From Minisyncoccota bacterium (lineage in GTDB: Bacteria > Patescibacteriota > Minisyncoccia > Phycocordibacterales > SBAW01), in contig DASZRD010000005.1 of NCBI GenBank assembly GCA_035549255.1, forward strand, positions 58 through 64,057: DNA of 64,000 nt. Reading direction: 5' to 3'. The notes under the pieces were generated by a model. That model was not told the origin of the DNA. It worked only from the letters and a program-made list of their open reading frames with translations, and ran no database searches. Made by a program: the position numbers and the translations under genes. This document shows positions 28,542-37,036 of the stretch, piece by piece; the first letter of the stretch is position 1, and each line of letters opens with the position of its first letter.

Positions 28542-29204
28542 TCAAACCCGGAACTTTTTTGCCGCGGGCGGATAGATCTTCACGAGCGGGTCCTTGGAGA
28601 GGTCGTAGGGCCGCGCGGGTGCGAGGTACCGGCCATAGTGAATGACGCGATGCGTAAATAAGCGCCACTCACTTGCCGGAACGATAGCCATGAGGTCGCG
28701 CTCGATGTGTACGGCGTCGCGATAGTCCGACAGGTCGAAGCGCGCGACGAAGCGTATGACATGCGTGTCGACCGTGATACCAGGGGTAATCCCATAGATA
28801 TCGGCAAGGACCACGTTGGCGGTCTTGCGGCCGACGCCCGGGATCGATGTCATCTCCTCCATCGTTTTTGGCAGTTTGCCGCCGAACTCTTTCTTCACGA
28901 ACTTCGCCGCGGCAACGATATTGCGCGCTTTGTTGTGGTAGTAGGTTACCGAACTGATATCTTTCTCGAATTTGCGCGGATCGGCCTTGGCGTAATCATC
29001 GATAGTTTTGTATTTCTTGAAGAGTTCTTTCGTAACAATGTTTACCCGCTTGTCGGTGCACTGCGCCGAAAGCTGCACCGCCACCATGAACTGCCATGGC
29101 GTCTTGTAGACGAGCTCGGTGCCGACACTAGGGAAAAGCTTCGTAAGAGCCCTATCAAGCTTAAGGAATCGTTTTCTGCGCTCGTCCAATTTTGCGGGGG
29201 TCAT
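28542..29204 (-). CDS. nth: endonuclease III-like HhH-GPD DNA glycosylase, apparently without the [4Fe-4S] cysteine cluster
   Basis: LPGVGRKTANVVL (catalytic Lys) and VDTHV (Asp), but no C-terminal Cys-x6-Cys-x2-Cys-x5-Cys. Confidence 0.8.
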   Translation of the reverse strand: MTPAKLDERRKRFLKLDRALTKLFPSVGTELVYKTPWQFMVAVQLSAQCTDKRVNIVTKELFKKYKTIDDYAKADPRKFEKDISSVTYYHNKARNIVAAAKFVKKEFGGKLPKTMEEMTSIPGVGRKTANVVLADIYGITPGITVDTHVIRFVARFDLSDYRDAVHIERDLMAIVPASEWRLFTHRVIHYGRYLAPARPYDLSKDPLVKIYPPAAKKFRV

Positions 29205-29890
29205 GGCAGCGTCGGTAGCGAGAGGGCTAGGTGTTCGAGGAGCATCTTCATCGCGGGCGCGCGGTCATTGGTATAACTTCTGACTTTCACGATGTCCTCG
29301 AGGCCTTCTCTGATCTTTGCATCCCCTTTTGATGTTATCAGCGCCGCGTGCAGCTTGACTTCAAGGCCGTTTAAAAATTCCCGTACGCGTTCTTTGACAC
29401 CTTCATCATCTTTAAGAAGCTTGGTGATCTCGTCCGTGCGAGCTTTTTGAGATCCGGAAAGGAAATGCTGAGCAAAATGGTCTGGTTGAGCCGACCCAGA
29501 CGGCGACCCGAGGACCTTTTGTGAGGCATTTCCTTTCCGGATCTCCGGATACGGCAAAAATCTTGAGCGCAATGTGGCGATAACGACTCCCGGAGGAGTG
29601 AGCAGCACGAACATCGTGCCCGCCCGCGGCTCTTCAAAAAGCTTCAGTAACGCTTGCTGTGCCTCGGTAGTCATTGACGAAACGCCGATAATAAAGAGCC
29701 GGCGCCCCGAGAGGCCGCTAAGCTGAGCGGACACAGCAAGATCCCGCGCCTCCTCGATGCCGAACTTCTCAATTTCAACCAGCTCGACATCCGGGTCGGC
29801 AGGGTCGGCAAAAGAGAACCGCGCCCGCGCATCATCGGCAAGCGCGCCAAACCCCGAGAGTGCCCCCTCATATATATATGCGTGGTGCAT
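29201..29890 (-). CDS. holB: DNA polymerase III delta-prime subunit-like (clamp-loader AAA+ fold, degenerate)
   Basis: LLKLFEEP box matching the clamp-loader LLKTLEEP motif; start at MHHAYIYEG. Confidence 0.65.
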   Translation of the reverse strand: MHHAYIYEGALSGFGALADDARARFSFADPADPDVELVEIEKFGIEEARDLAVSAQLSGLSGRRLFIIGVSSMTTEAQQALLKLFEEPRAGTMFVLLTPPGVVIATLRSRFLPYPEIRKGNASQKVLGSPSGSAQPDHFAQHFLSGSQKARTDEITKLLKDDEGVKERVREFLNGLEVKLHAALITSKGDAKIREGLEDIVKVRSYTNDRAPAMKMLLEHLALSLPTLP

Positions 29891-29919
29891 GATTATGTTC
29901 TGTGCGAACCTCTCTGGCC

Positions 29920-30930
29920 TCACCGCTTTGCGATGATAGCCTTCTTGTAGGTCTCGAGGTGGCCGAGCGCGACACCCGTCCCTTCCGCGACGCAGAAGAG
30001 CGCGTTGTCGGCAACCTGCGCCTTGACCCCCGTGCGGCGCAAAATAAGCTCCGGGAAATTTCGCAATTGGGAAGTCCCGCCGGTGAGCGTAATGCCGCGG
30101 TCAATGATATCGGATGCCAGCTCTGGCGGCGTATCCTGGAGCACGTCGCGGATTGCTTTGATGATCTCGCGCAGCTCTTTGCCGATCGCCTTCACGACAT
30201 CGTTGGTCTTGAGGTCGGTCGATCTTGGCAGGCCGGTAATAAAGTCGCGGCCGCGTACGCTCATGACGAGCTCATCCTCCACAGGAACGGCCGAGCCAAT
30301 GCCGATCTTGATCGCCTCGGCAGTCTTCTCGCCGATGCCGAGGTTGTAGGCCTTCTTCATATAATCAACGATCGCGTGGTCGAGCCGGTCGCCCGCGCAC
30401 TTGACCGAAGTCGAGGCGACAATGCCGCCGAGGCTTATGACCGCCACGTCGGTGGTGCCCCCGCCCATGTCGACTACCATATTGCCGCGCGATTCTTGGA
30501 TCGGGATCCCTGCGCCTATGGCTGCAAGCACCGACTCTTTAACGACATACGCGCTGCGCGCGCCGGCGCGAATTGCCGCCTCGACGACGGCGCGGCGCTC
30601 GGTCGAGGTGACGCCGGTCGGGACTGACACCATTACCTCGGGCTTGAGCAACTTAAATTTCCCCATCGCCTTGCGGATAAAGTAGCGCAGCATCGCTTGC
30701 GTCACGCGGTAATCGGCGATGACGCCGTCCTTGAGCGGCCGGTACGCAATAATTTCCTCCGGCGTGCGGCCGATCATTTCCTTCGCCTCGGCGCCGACGG
30801 CGAGGATCCGCTTGTCTTCAGTAATAGCTACCACCGACGGCTCATTGAGCACGACGCCCTTCCCCGGCACGAACACAAGCGTGTTTGCTGTGCCTAAATC
30901 AATCCCGAGTTTTGGAGAGAAAAATGCCAT
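29920..30930 (-). CDS. mreB2: MreB/Mbl-family actin homolog (second paralog)
   Basis: Actin-fold motifs (LGIDLGTANTLVF, DMGGGTTDVAV). Confidence 0.9.
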   Translation of the reverse strand: MAFFSPKLGIDLGTANTLVFVPGKGVVLNEPSVVAITEDKRILAVGAEAKEMIGRTPEEIIAYRPLKDGVIADYRVTQAMLRYFIRKAMGKFKLLKPEVMVSVPTGVTSTERRAVVEAAIRAGARSAYVVKESVLAAIGAGIPIQESRGNMVVDMGGGTTDVAVISLGGIVASTSVKCAGDRLDHAIVDYMKKAYNLGIGEKTAEAIKIGIGSAVPVEDELVMSVRGRDFITGLPRSTDLKTNDVVKAIGKELREIIKAIRDVLQDTPPELASDIIDRGITLTGGTSQLRNFPELILRRTGVKAQVADNALFCVAEGTGVALGHLETYKKAIIAKR

Positions 30931-30942
30931 CGCATAGGCATT

Positions 30943-32235
30943 TTATACTTGTTCCCGCCGTATTGAAAGCCCAAGCCTCGCGAGGCGCTCCTCGATCTTT
31001 TCGTAGCCTCTATCTATATGGTATACGCGGTCGATGGTCGACGTGCCGTGGGCAACTGCTGCGGCAAGGAGGAAGGCAAGGCCAGCACGGATATCGGGGC
31101 TCTCAAGCTCGCGGCCATGGAGGACGCTCGGGCCTTTGACGGTAATTTGTTGCGGGTTCCAGAGCGTAATATCGGCACCCATGCGCACAAGGTCGTGGAT
31201 GTAATTAAGCCGCCCGCCGTAAATCGTCTCGAATAACGTGCTCTCGCCCGCGCACTGCGTGAGGTAAACCACCATCGGCGGCTGCAGGTCGGTCGCGAAG
31301 CCCGGATATTCGTGCGTGCGTACCGAGAGAGGCTGAAGTACTTTTGCGGAATCTCCGCCGCGCACCGTTACCGAATCTTTACCGACTGTTATATCGACGC
31401 CCGACTCGCGCAAGAGTTCGACCAGCATCTCGATATGGAGCGGCTCGCATTTTTCTATCGTTACTTCCTCGCCTGCGATGGCACCTAATATGACGAAGCT
31501 CCCCGCCTCGATGCGGTCAGGCACGGTCGCGAAGAACTTCCCTCCTGCATGAAGCATGCTGCCGCCTTGGATGGTAATCGTCGGCGTGCCGACGCCGCGG
31601 ATGTTTGCGCCGCACGAGTTAAGGAATTCCGCGAGCGCGACGATCTCGGGCTCCATTGCCGCATTACGCAGCACGGTAGTTCCCTCGGCCAGCACGGCCG
31701 CCATCATGAGGGTCTCGGTGCCGGTGACCGACACGAAGCGGAAGAAAATCTCGGCGCCACGCAGCCGGCCGCCGCGCGCAGCGATCGTGTAACGCTCGCC
31801 ATCGAGGGAAACCTCGCATCCCATCGCGCGAAACCCCTGGAGAAACAGGTCGATTGGCCGCGGGCCGATCACGTCGCCGCCCGGGTGCGGGAAGGAAACC
31901 TTGCCAAACCGGGCGAGCACTGGGCCCGCAAAGACGATCGAGGCGCGAAGCCGCCGCGCGATCGCGTCGTCGAGCTCATGCGTGTTCGCCGCACTGGTAG
32001 CGATCGTGAGCGCGTGGTCGGTACGCTCGACGGTCGCTCCCATCGCCTCGAGCAGCTCTTTGACGCGCTCAACGTCCTCAATATCCGGCACATTGGTAAG
32101 ATGCACCGCATCATCAAAAAGAAGCGCCGCCGGCATCGATTTGAGGATCGCATTCTTGGCACCTCCGACGGCTATAGCGCCGCGCAATTTCCTTTGTCCC
32201 GCCAGCCCTTCGATCAGAAATTTTTCAGGCTTCAT
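30943..32235 (-). CDS. murA: UDP-N-acetylglucosamine 1-carboxyvinyltransferase MurA
   Basis: Start at MKPEKFLIEG; EPSP-synthase fold motifs (GGAKNAIL, catalytic-loop Cys region). Confidence 0.95.
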   Translation of the reverse strand: MKPEKFLIEGLAGQRKLRGAIAVGGAKNAILKSMPAALLFDDAVHLTNVPDIEDVERVKELLEAMGATVERTDHALTIATSAANTHELDDAIARRLRASIVFAGPVLARFGKVSFPHPGGDVIGPRPIDLFLQGFRAMGCEVSLDGERYTIAARGGRLRGAEIFFRFVSVTGTETLMMAAVLAEGTTVLRNAAMEPEIVALAEFLNSCGANIRGVGTPTITIQGGSMLHAGGKFFATVPDRIEAGSFVILGAIAGEEVTIEKCEPLHIEMLVELLRESGVDITVGKDSVTVRGGDSAKVLQPLSVRTHEYPGFATDLQPPMVVYLTQCAGESTLFETIYGGRLNYIHDLVRMGADITLWNPQQITVKGPSVLHGRELESPDIRAGLAFLLAAAVAHGTSTIDRVYHIDRGYEKIEERLARLGLSIRREQV

Positions 32236-32644
32236 CTTTTGTATGTTTCCTTGCCACGCGGCGTTTCGCTGGCTGCGGCTTCTTTTTTGTTTGTTCTTCC
32301 TTCTTCTCAAGTTCGGTATGCTTCTTGGGATTTACCTCCCACCAGAATTTTTTGGAGAAGTCTTTGGCGTTATCGCAGACACTCTTTAAGTAATAGAGAT
32401 CTTTGGTCGGGATCGCCTGGAGGATCCGCCCCATGCGCGGGAGTGTCAGGGGCGGCCAACCGTCGCGCACGCGCGCCGCGTTGAGCTTCAGCATGAAATA
32501 GCGCAGCATCTCGCCGCGCTCGGTGGCGCGGTCGCGGCCTCGCTTCTCGACCAGATGCAGCTTGATATGATCCACGGCCCCATTGTAGCGCGTTGCGCGC
32601 GAGGCAAAAAATTGGCAGAGTTGAGGTATGTCTAAGGACCCCAT
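32225..32644 (-). CDS. hypothetical basic protein (start uncertain: 32644, 32509, or a GTG between)
   Basis: C-terminal portion has GC3 bias and a Lys-rich tail (KKEEQTKKKPQPAKRRVARK). The upstream part of the track ORF overlaps def on the opposite strand and was trimmed. Confidence 0.4.
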   Translation of the reverse strand: MGSLDIPQLCQFFASRATRYNGAVDHIKLHLVEKRGRDRATERGEMLRYFMLKLNAARVRDGWPPLTLPRMGRILQAIPTKDLYYLKSVCDNAKDFSKKFWWEVNPKKHTELEKKEEQTKKKPQPAKRRVARKHTKDEA

Positions 32645-33170
32645 CGTCCAGATCGGCGACCCGGTCTTGCGGGCGGTCGCAAAACCCTTGAAGCTCAAGG
32701 ATATTTCCGCGCGCCCGACCAAGTCCCTGATCGCAAAGATGAAAAGAGCGCTTGCGAGCGAGGAGTACGGGGTAGCAATCGCCGCGCCGCAGGTGGGCGC
32801 CTCGCTGCGGCTTTTCGTCGTAGCCGGGAAAGTATTCAAAGAGGATGAAGACGCCAAAGACGAGCCGACGCCGTCCGACCGCGTCTATATCAACCCCGAG
32901 ATCACCCGCCGCTCCAAGAAGCAGGGCGAGATGGCTGAGGGCTGCCTTTCGGTGCGCGGGCAATACGGCACCGTCATGCGCCACGAGAAGGTGACGCTTA
33001 AAGCGCTCGACGAAGGCGGCAAACCGATCCTCCAGCACGCCTCGGGCCTGCTCGCGCATATCTTCCAGCATGAGACCGACCATCTCGACGGCATACTGTA
33101 TATAGACAAGGCTGCGCGGCTGACCGACGACAGCGAGCGAGCGCCGCTCAGGGAAGAGTCTCCCGCATAA
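32628..33170 (+). CDS. def: peptide deformylase
   Basis: GCLS and QHETDHLDG (HExxH) motifs. Confidence 0.95.
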   Translation: MSKDPIVQIGDPVLRAVAKPLKLKDISARPTKSLIAKMKRALASEEYGVAIAAPQVGASLRLFVVAGKVFKEDEDAKDEPTPSDRVYINPEITRRSKKQGEMAEGCLSVRGQYGTVMRHEKVTLKALDEGGKPILQHASGLLAHIFQHETDHLDGILYIDKAARLTDDSERAPLREESPA

Positions 33171-33177
33171 TCTCTAT

Positions 33178-34029
33178 ATGAGTAGCAAACCGCTCTTCGC
33201 ATTCTTCGGGACGCCGCGCTTCGCGGTTGTGGTACTCGACGCGCTCGAGGCGCACGGCCTCGTGCCGGCGCTTATCATTACAGCGCCGGACAAAGCGCGC
33301 GGGCGCGGCCAGCAGGTGTCGCCTTCGCCCGTCAAAGCATGGGCGCTTGAGCGCGGCATCGACACCATAACGCCCGCGACGCTCAAGGACGGCGCCCTTG
33401 CCGCCGAGCTCGGCAATACGCAATGGGAGGTTTTCGTCGTGGCGGCATATAACAAATTGATCCCCAAAACTATTCTCGATATCCCGCGCAAGGGTTCGCT
33501 CAATATCCATCCTTCCCTTCTGCCAAAGTTCCGCGGGCCGTCGCCGGCGCTCTCGGCCATACTTGCGGACGAGCGCGCGACCGGAGTGAGCGTCATGCAG
33601 ATGAATGAAGAGATGGACGCGGGGCCGGTTGTCGCGCAAGCGAGGGTAGAGCTTGAAGAAGACGCCTGGCCGCCCAAAGGGCAGATGTTCGAGGACCTGC
33701 TCGCAACTGAGGGCGGCAACCTCTTGGCCGAAATATTGCCCGACTGGCTCGCGAGCGAGATCGTGCCGGAAATACAAGATGCAAGCAAAGCGACTTTTAC
33801 GCGCAAATTCACCGACGAAGACGCGAAAATCGATTTGCAGGCTGACGCGCGGCAAAACTTGCTCAAGATCAGGGCATTCGATCACGGCCCGCGCGCCTAC
33901 TTCCTCGACGAGTCAGGCAAGCGCGTCATCATCACCGATGCCGAGGTACGAGATAACAAGCTAGAAATCTTAAAAGTCATCCCCGAGGGCAAAAAAGAGA
34001 TACCATATAAGGATTTCCCAGGCCGTTGA
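33178..34029 (+). CDS. fmt: methionyl-tRNA formyltransferase
   Basis: Formyltransferase N-domain (SLNIHPSLLPKFRGPSP) and C-domain; def-fmt operon. Confidence 0.95.
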   Translation: MSSKPLFAFFGTPRFAVVVLDALEAHGLVPALIITAPDKARGRGQQVSPSPVKAWALERGIDTITPATLKDGALAAELGNTQWEVFVVAAYNKLIPKTILDIPRKGSLNIHPSLLPKFRGPSPALSAILADERATGVSVMQMNEEMDAGPVVAQARVELEEDAWPPKGQMFEDLLATEGGNLLAEILPDWLASEIVPEIQDASKATFTRKFTDEDAKIDLQADARQNLLKIRAFDHGPRAYFLDESGKRVIITDAEVRDNKLEILKVIPEGKKEIPYKDFPGR

Positions 34030-34053
34030 CTTTATATAAAAGAGGAGTATAAT
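34026..34053 (+). promoter_or_regulatory. near-consensus sigma70 promoter TTGACT-16-TATAAT, overlapping the fmt stop codon
   Basis: TTGACT 34026..34031, TATAAT 34048..34053; predicted TSS about 34060. Confidence 0.6.
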
Positions 34054-34059
34054 TGCAAG

Positions 34060-34290
34060 TAGATACAGAGCTTCGCGCGACGGCAAGTGCGGCCTTGGCC
34101 CCACTCCCCGGCGCGAAGGAGGTGCGAGCAGACTATCGCGTCGCATCTTGGACGGTCCAGCCTCGAAAGAGGAATCTCCAAGGAGTAAATGGATCTTCCG
34201 AATGGCGCTCCTACCAAAGCGCCGACAAAGCCGGTTTCCGCAGCGCATCCTCCCAGGGATTGCAGCAGCGGAAACCGGCTTTTATTTTTA
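34060..34290 (+). ncRNA. candidate structured small RNA (about 230 nt) bounded by its own promoter and intrinsic terminator; identity unknown
   Basis: GC-rich with multiple hairpins including GNRA-capped stems (CGCC-GCAA-GGCG-like, CCUC-GAAA-GAGG). Long terminator hairpin AAAGCCGGTTTCCGC...GCGGAAACCGGCTTT plus TTTTATTTTTAT (34227..34289). Only a 34-aa ORF, which runs into the terminator. Confidence 0.4.
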
Positions 34291-34293
34291 TAG

Positions 34294-34653
34294 TCAGCCG
34301 CGGAAGCCGCGCAGGATATCTTTTATCTTCCCCGCACCGCGACGGATGAGGTGCATGCGCTTTTTCTTTTGCCGAGCGAGCTCGTGAAATAATTCACCTT
34401 CGACGAGGTCGATTGCCTCGTGGAGCGCATCGCCGCGCGCCTCCGCGCGCAATGGTTGCGCCAGCTTCGGCGAATGGAGCATTACTTCCGCGCGGTATTT
34501 CTTCTCTTGGCCGACCGAATACTCCACCTCGACGTCTGCGCGCGCCGAGTCCGCATCCCTCACGAGCTTATCGAGTCCGCTGAGCTTTCTTTCAACATAC
34601 AAGCGGATCTCGTCTGAGACTTCCAAGCCCGTGCCCTTGATGTTGTAGTTCAT
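34294..34653 (-). CDS. hpf: ribosome hibernation promoting factor (HPF/RaiA, short form)
   Basis: Sigma54-modulation-protein fold (IKGTGLEVSDEIRLYVERKL ... HEAIDLVEGEL). Confidence 0.9.
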   Translation of the reverse strand: MNYNIKGTGLEVSDEIRLYVERKLSGLDKLVRDADSARADVEVEYSVGQEKKYRAEVMLHSPKLAQPLRAEARGDALHEAIDLVEGELFHELARQKKKRMHLIRRGAGKIKDILRGFRG

Positions 34654-34711
34654 TGAAGATATCTACCGGTTAATGCCTGTAGTATACCGAATAACTATAG
34701 AGGATAGGAAT

Positions 34712-35377
34712 CTAGGGACTCGTCGTCCAGTCGCGCACTATGCTTGCGTCAAGAAGATTGGGCGCGGCCTGATCGACATAGCCCTCGGCGCCGATGAAAT
34801 CGCCGACGCGCAAGCCCTCAAGCGTGCCGCTTGTCGCGTACGGAGGTATCACGGTCGACGCGCCGGATATCTGGACAATCCACACGCCGCCCCAGGTATT
34901 GATCGTTACCGACGTCGGTCCGACGGTCGCGACGGTACCACGGATAAGCGCGCTACCGTCGGCCGCGATCTCGACGACCCTCGGCGCGGGCGTGGTACCC
35001 GCGGCCGGATAGAGCGCCGGCGCAATCATAGTGCTCGACGCAGCGGTGGAAGCATCAGAGGTTGCAGATGGATTAGAATTCGGAGAAGTAGAAGCGGAGA
35101 ATACGGCGGCTCCCGGCGCCGAAAGGGTGATGTAGGTCGGCGGGAAGAACGGGTTTGGCACGCCGGTACTGGTTGCCGTAAGGGTATACGTGCCGTCCGA
35201 GTTCTGTACCGAAGAGCTTGCCGACACCCAGACCGGTGCACTCGATAACGCGGAAGAGCTCGCAGCCGTAGTCGCGCCGTCCGCCAGCGCGACGCCGCCG
35301 ATTGCCAGGATGCCGCCGAGCGCCAAGAATGCGAAAGTAGTGAATATTAATCGCGTGTACTTGCCGACTTTCATCAT
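34712..35377 (-). CDS. hypothetical secreted protein, Ser/Thr/Ala-rich
   Basis: Start at MMKVGKYTRL; signal anchor, low-complexity S/T/A-rich region, C-terminal beta-rich domain. Confidence 0.6.
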   Translation of the reverse strand: MMKVGKYTRLIFTTFAFLALGGILAIGGVALADGATTAASSSALSSAPVWVSASSSVQNSDGTYTLTATSTGVPNPFFPPTYITLSAPGAAVFSASTSPNSNPSATSDASTAASSTMIAPALYPAAGTTPAPRVVEIAADGSALIRGTVATVGPTSVTINTWGGVWIVQISGASTVIPPYATSGTLEGLRVGDFIGAEGYVDQAAPNLLDASIVRDWTTSP

Positions 35378-35412
35378 AATAAAGACCTTACGCCGCAAGC
35401 GATGAACGCAGG

Positions 35413-36777
35413 GTGAATGAACCGTTGCATGCATGCTACGATTTATCCATGCTGCGCCCTGCTTCCTTTACTTTTGGCACCTATACTATTGACCCGGCTC
35501 GCTCGGCTATCAGCTTCACCTACCGCGTCGGGTTCGAGAGCGGCAGAGTGCGCACATACACCGACCGCCTTATATTCCCTGACGTTACGCCGGGGTTATG
35601 GGAGAAAGTGCCCAAGGCCGTGCTTGAACCGACGCTCCAGGCGCTGCTCCTCATGCTCGGCATCAACTATTGGTGCGTCTTTCGTACGAGCAACATATAT
35701 ATTGAAAGGTTTGCGCTTACGCGCGAGCAAGCGGAATTTTGGAACACGCTGTATCTCAATGGATTAGGAGAATTCTTCTTCGATATGAAGATCGATTTCG
35801 ATAACCTGATCGTATTTCCTTACGACGCATCTCTCAGCGCGCCCGAGCCGCGCGGGCTCGGGCGCGCTGCCGGGCAGCTAGGGCGCGCGCTCCTACTCAA
35901 TGGCGCAGGCAAAGATTCAATCCTCTCCGCCGAGATACTCAAGGCGGCATCTATTCCGTTCGATTTCTTTGTGTTCGCTCCAACTCCCGCACACAATCGC
36001 ATTGCTTCGCTCGTGGGCGCCAAGACGATAAGCGTTAACCGCCGTCGCGACCCGCGCCTCAATCTGATCGGCGCGCTCTGCAGGACGTCGAGCGCCTATC
36101 CATCCGTATCGACATTTACGTTTGTTGCCACATTACTTGCGGAATTACTCGGCTACGACTCGATCATCTTCTCCAACGAGCGCAGCGCCGACTTCGGCAA
36201 CCTTACTTATCTCGGCCTCTCGGTAAATCATCAGTGGTGCAAGTCGTCAGAGGCCGAGAAGCTTATCAACGACTACATTCGGCGATTCATAACTCCCGAT
36301 ATCTCGACCCGCTCGCTCTTGCGAAGCTACAGCGAGCTCGAAATCGTGCGGCGATTCGCGCACTACCCTCAGTACCTCAAGCAGGTCACCAGTTGCAACG
36401 CGTATTTCTGGCTCTCGCGCCCCGAGCAGCTCTTCCTGTCGCGCAAGAGAGCCTATTGGTGCAAGACATGCCCCAAATGCGTATTCCTCTTCGCCTGCTT
36501 CGCGGCATACCTCCCGAAAAAAGAAGTGGTCGAGATGTTTGGCGCCGATCTCTACCAGCGCAAACGCCTCTTGCCGCTCACGCGGCGCATCCTCGGGTTA
36601 GAAGGCTTCAAACCGCTTGATTGCGTCGGCGAACCCGAAGAAATGATCCTTGCCATGCACTATGCGGTGCGCGGCAAAGAGTATGCCGGCGAGCCGGCGA
36701 TGAACATGTTCGAACAGAGCTTCCCCGTAGACTACAATTTCAAAGAAATCGAGCGAAAAGTACTTTCAAATATATAA
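35413..36777 (+). CDS. PP-loop-like adenine-nucleotide alpha-hydrolase superfamily protein with a C-terminal CxxCxxC motif; function unknown
   Basis: LLLNGAGKDS resembles the SGGxDS PP-loop; WCKTCPKC zinc-ribbon-like motif; about 150-aa N-domain with no recognisable family. GTG start at 35413 per the track; ATG at 35452 is an alternative. Confidence 0.7.
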   Translation: MNEPLHACYDLSMLRPASFTFGTYTIDPARSAISFTYRVGFESGRVRTYTDRLIFPDVTPGLWEKVPKAVLEPTLQALLLMLGINYWCVFRTSNIYIERFALTREQAEFWNTLYLNGLGEFFFDMKIDFDNLIVFPYDASLSAPEPRGLGRAAGQLGRALLLNGAGKDSILSAEILKAASIPFDFFVFAPTPAHNRIASLVGAKTISVNRRRDPRLNLIGALCRTSSAYPSVSTFTFVATLLAELLGYDSIIFSNERSADFGNLTYLGLSVNHQWCKSSEAEKLINDYIRRFITPDISTRSLLRSYSELEIVRRFAHYPQYLKQVTSCNAYFWLSRPEQLFLSRKRAYWCKTCPKCVFLFACFAAYLPKKEVVEMFGADLYQRKRLLPLTRRILGLEGFKPLDCVGEPEEMILAMHYAVRGKEYAGEPAMNMFEQSFPVDYNFKEIERKVLSNI

Positions 36778-36795
36778 AACAGGAGACGCTTTCTG

Positions 36796-37008
36796 TTACT
36801 TATTTTGGATGTTGTTCGTAGAGCGATTTTTATAGCTGTAGTACGCCTCAAAAGCCGCAAAGAGAACTGCCCATACGAAGAATAAGTAGATCCACGCGTC
36901 CCGATAGTCCGTGTCTCTGGTCCACCAGGCTGTAGCAATTACTACAAGTCCCCAAACAAGAGACATAACAATCGTCCCTCCGTGTATTTTAGTAAACAGT
37001 GAGGTCAT
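36796..37008 (-). CDS. hypothetical small membrane protein (70 aa), AT-rich codon usage unlike the rest of the window
   Basis: Two predicted TM helices; low GC3 suggests foreign origin. Sits between the PP-loop gene and the intron-containing tRNA. Confidence 0.35.
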   Translation of the reverse strand: MTSLFTKIHGGTIVMSLVWGLVVIATAWWTRDTDYRDAWIYLFFVWAVLFAAFEAYYSYKNRSTNNIQNK

Positions 37009-37036
37009 ATTCTTATTTTAGCACAATCGACTTTTG

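Noticed and set aside
34030-34290. SRP RNA, RNase P RNA, tmRNA or 6S RNA identity for the candidate sRNA
   Set aside because: No GGAA/AGCAG helix-8 motif, no GGAAAGUCCGGGCUCC-type P4 sequence, and no tRNA-like ends. Length is too short for RNase P or tmRNA. Left as unknown sRNA pending covariance-model search.
34053-34387. 98-aa and 79-aa + strand ORFs between fmt and hpf
   Set aside because: The first starts inside the -10 box of the consensus promoter and both read through the intrinsic terminator and into hpf antisense. The region is better explained as a non-coding RNA unit.
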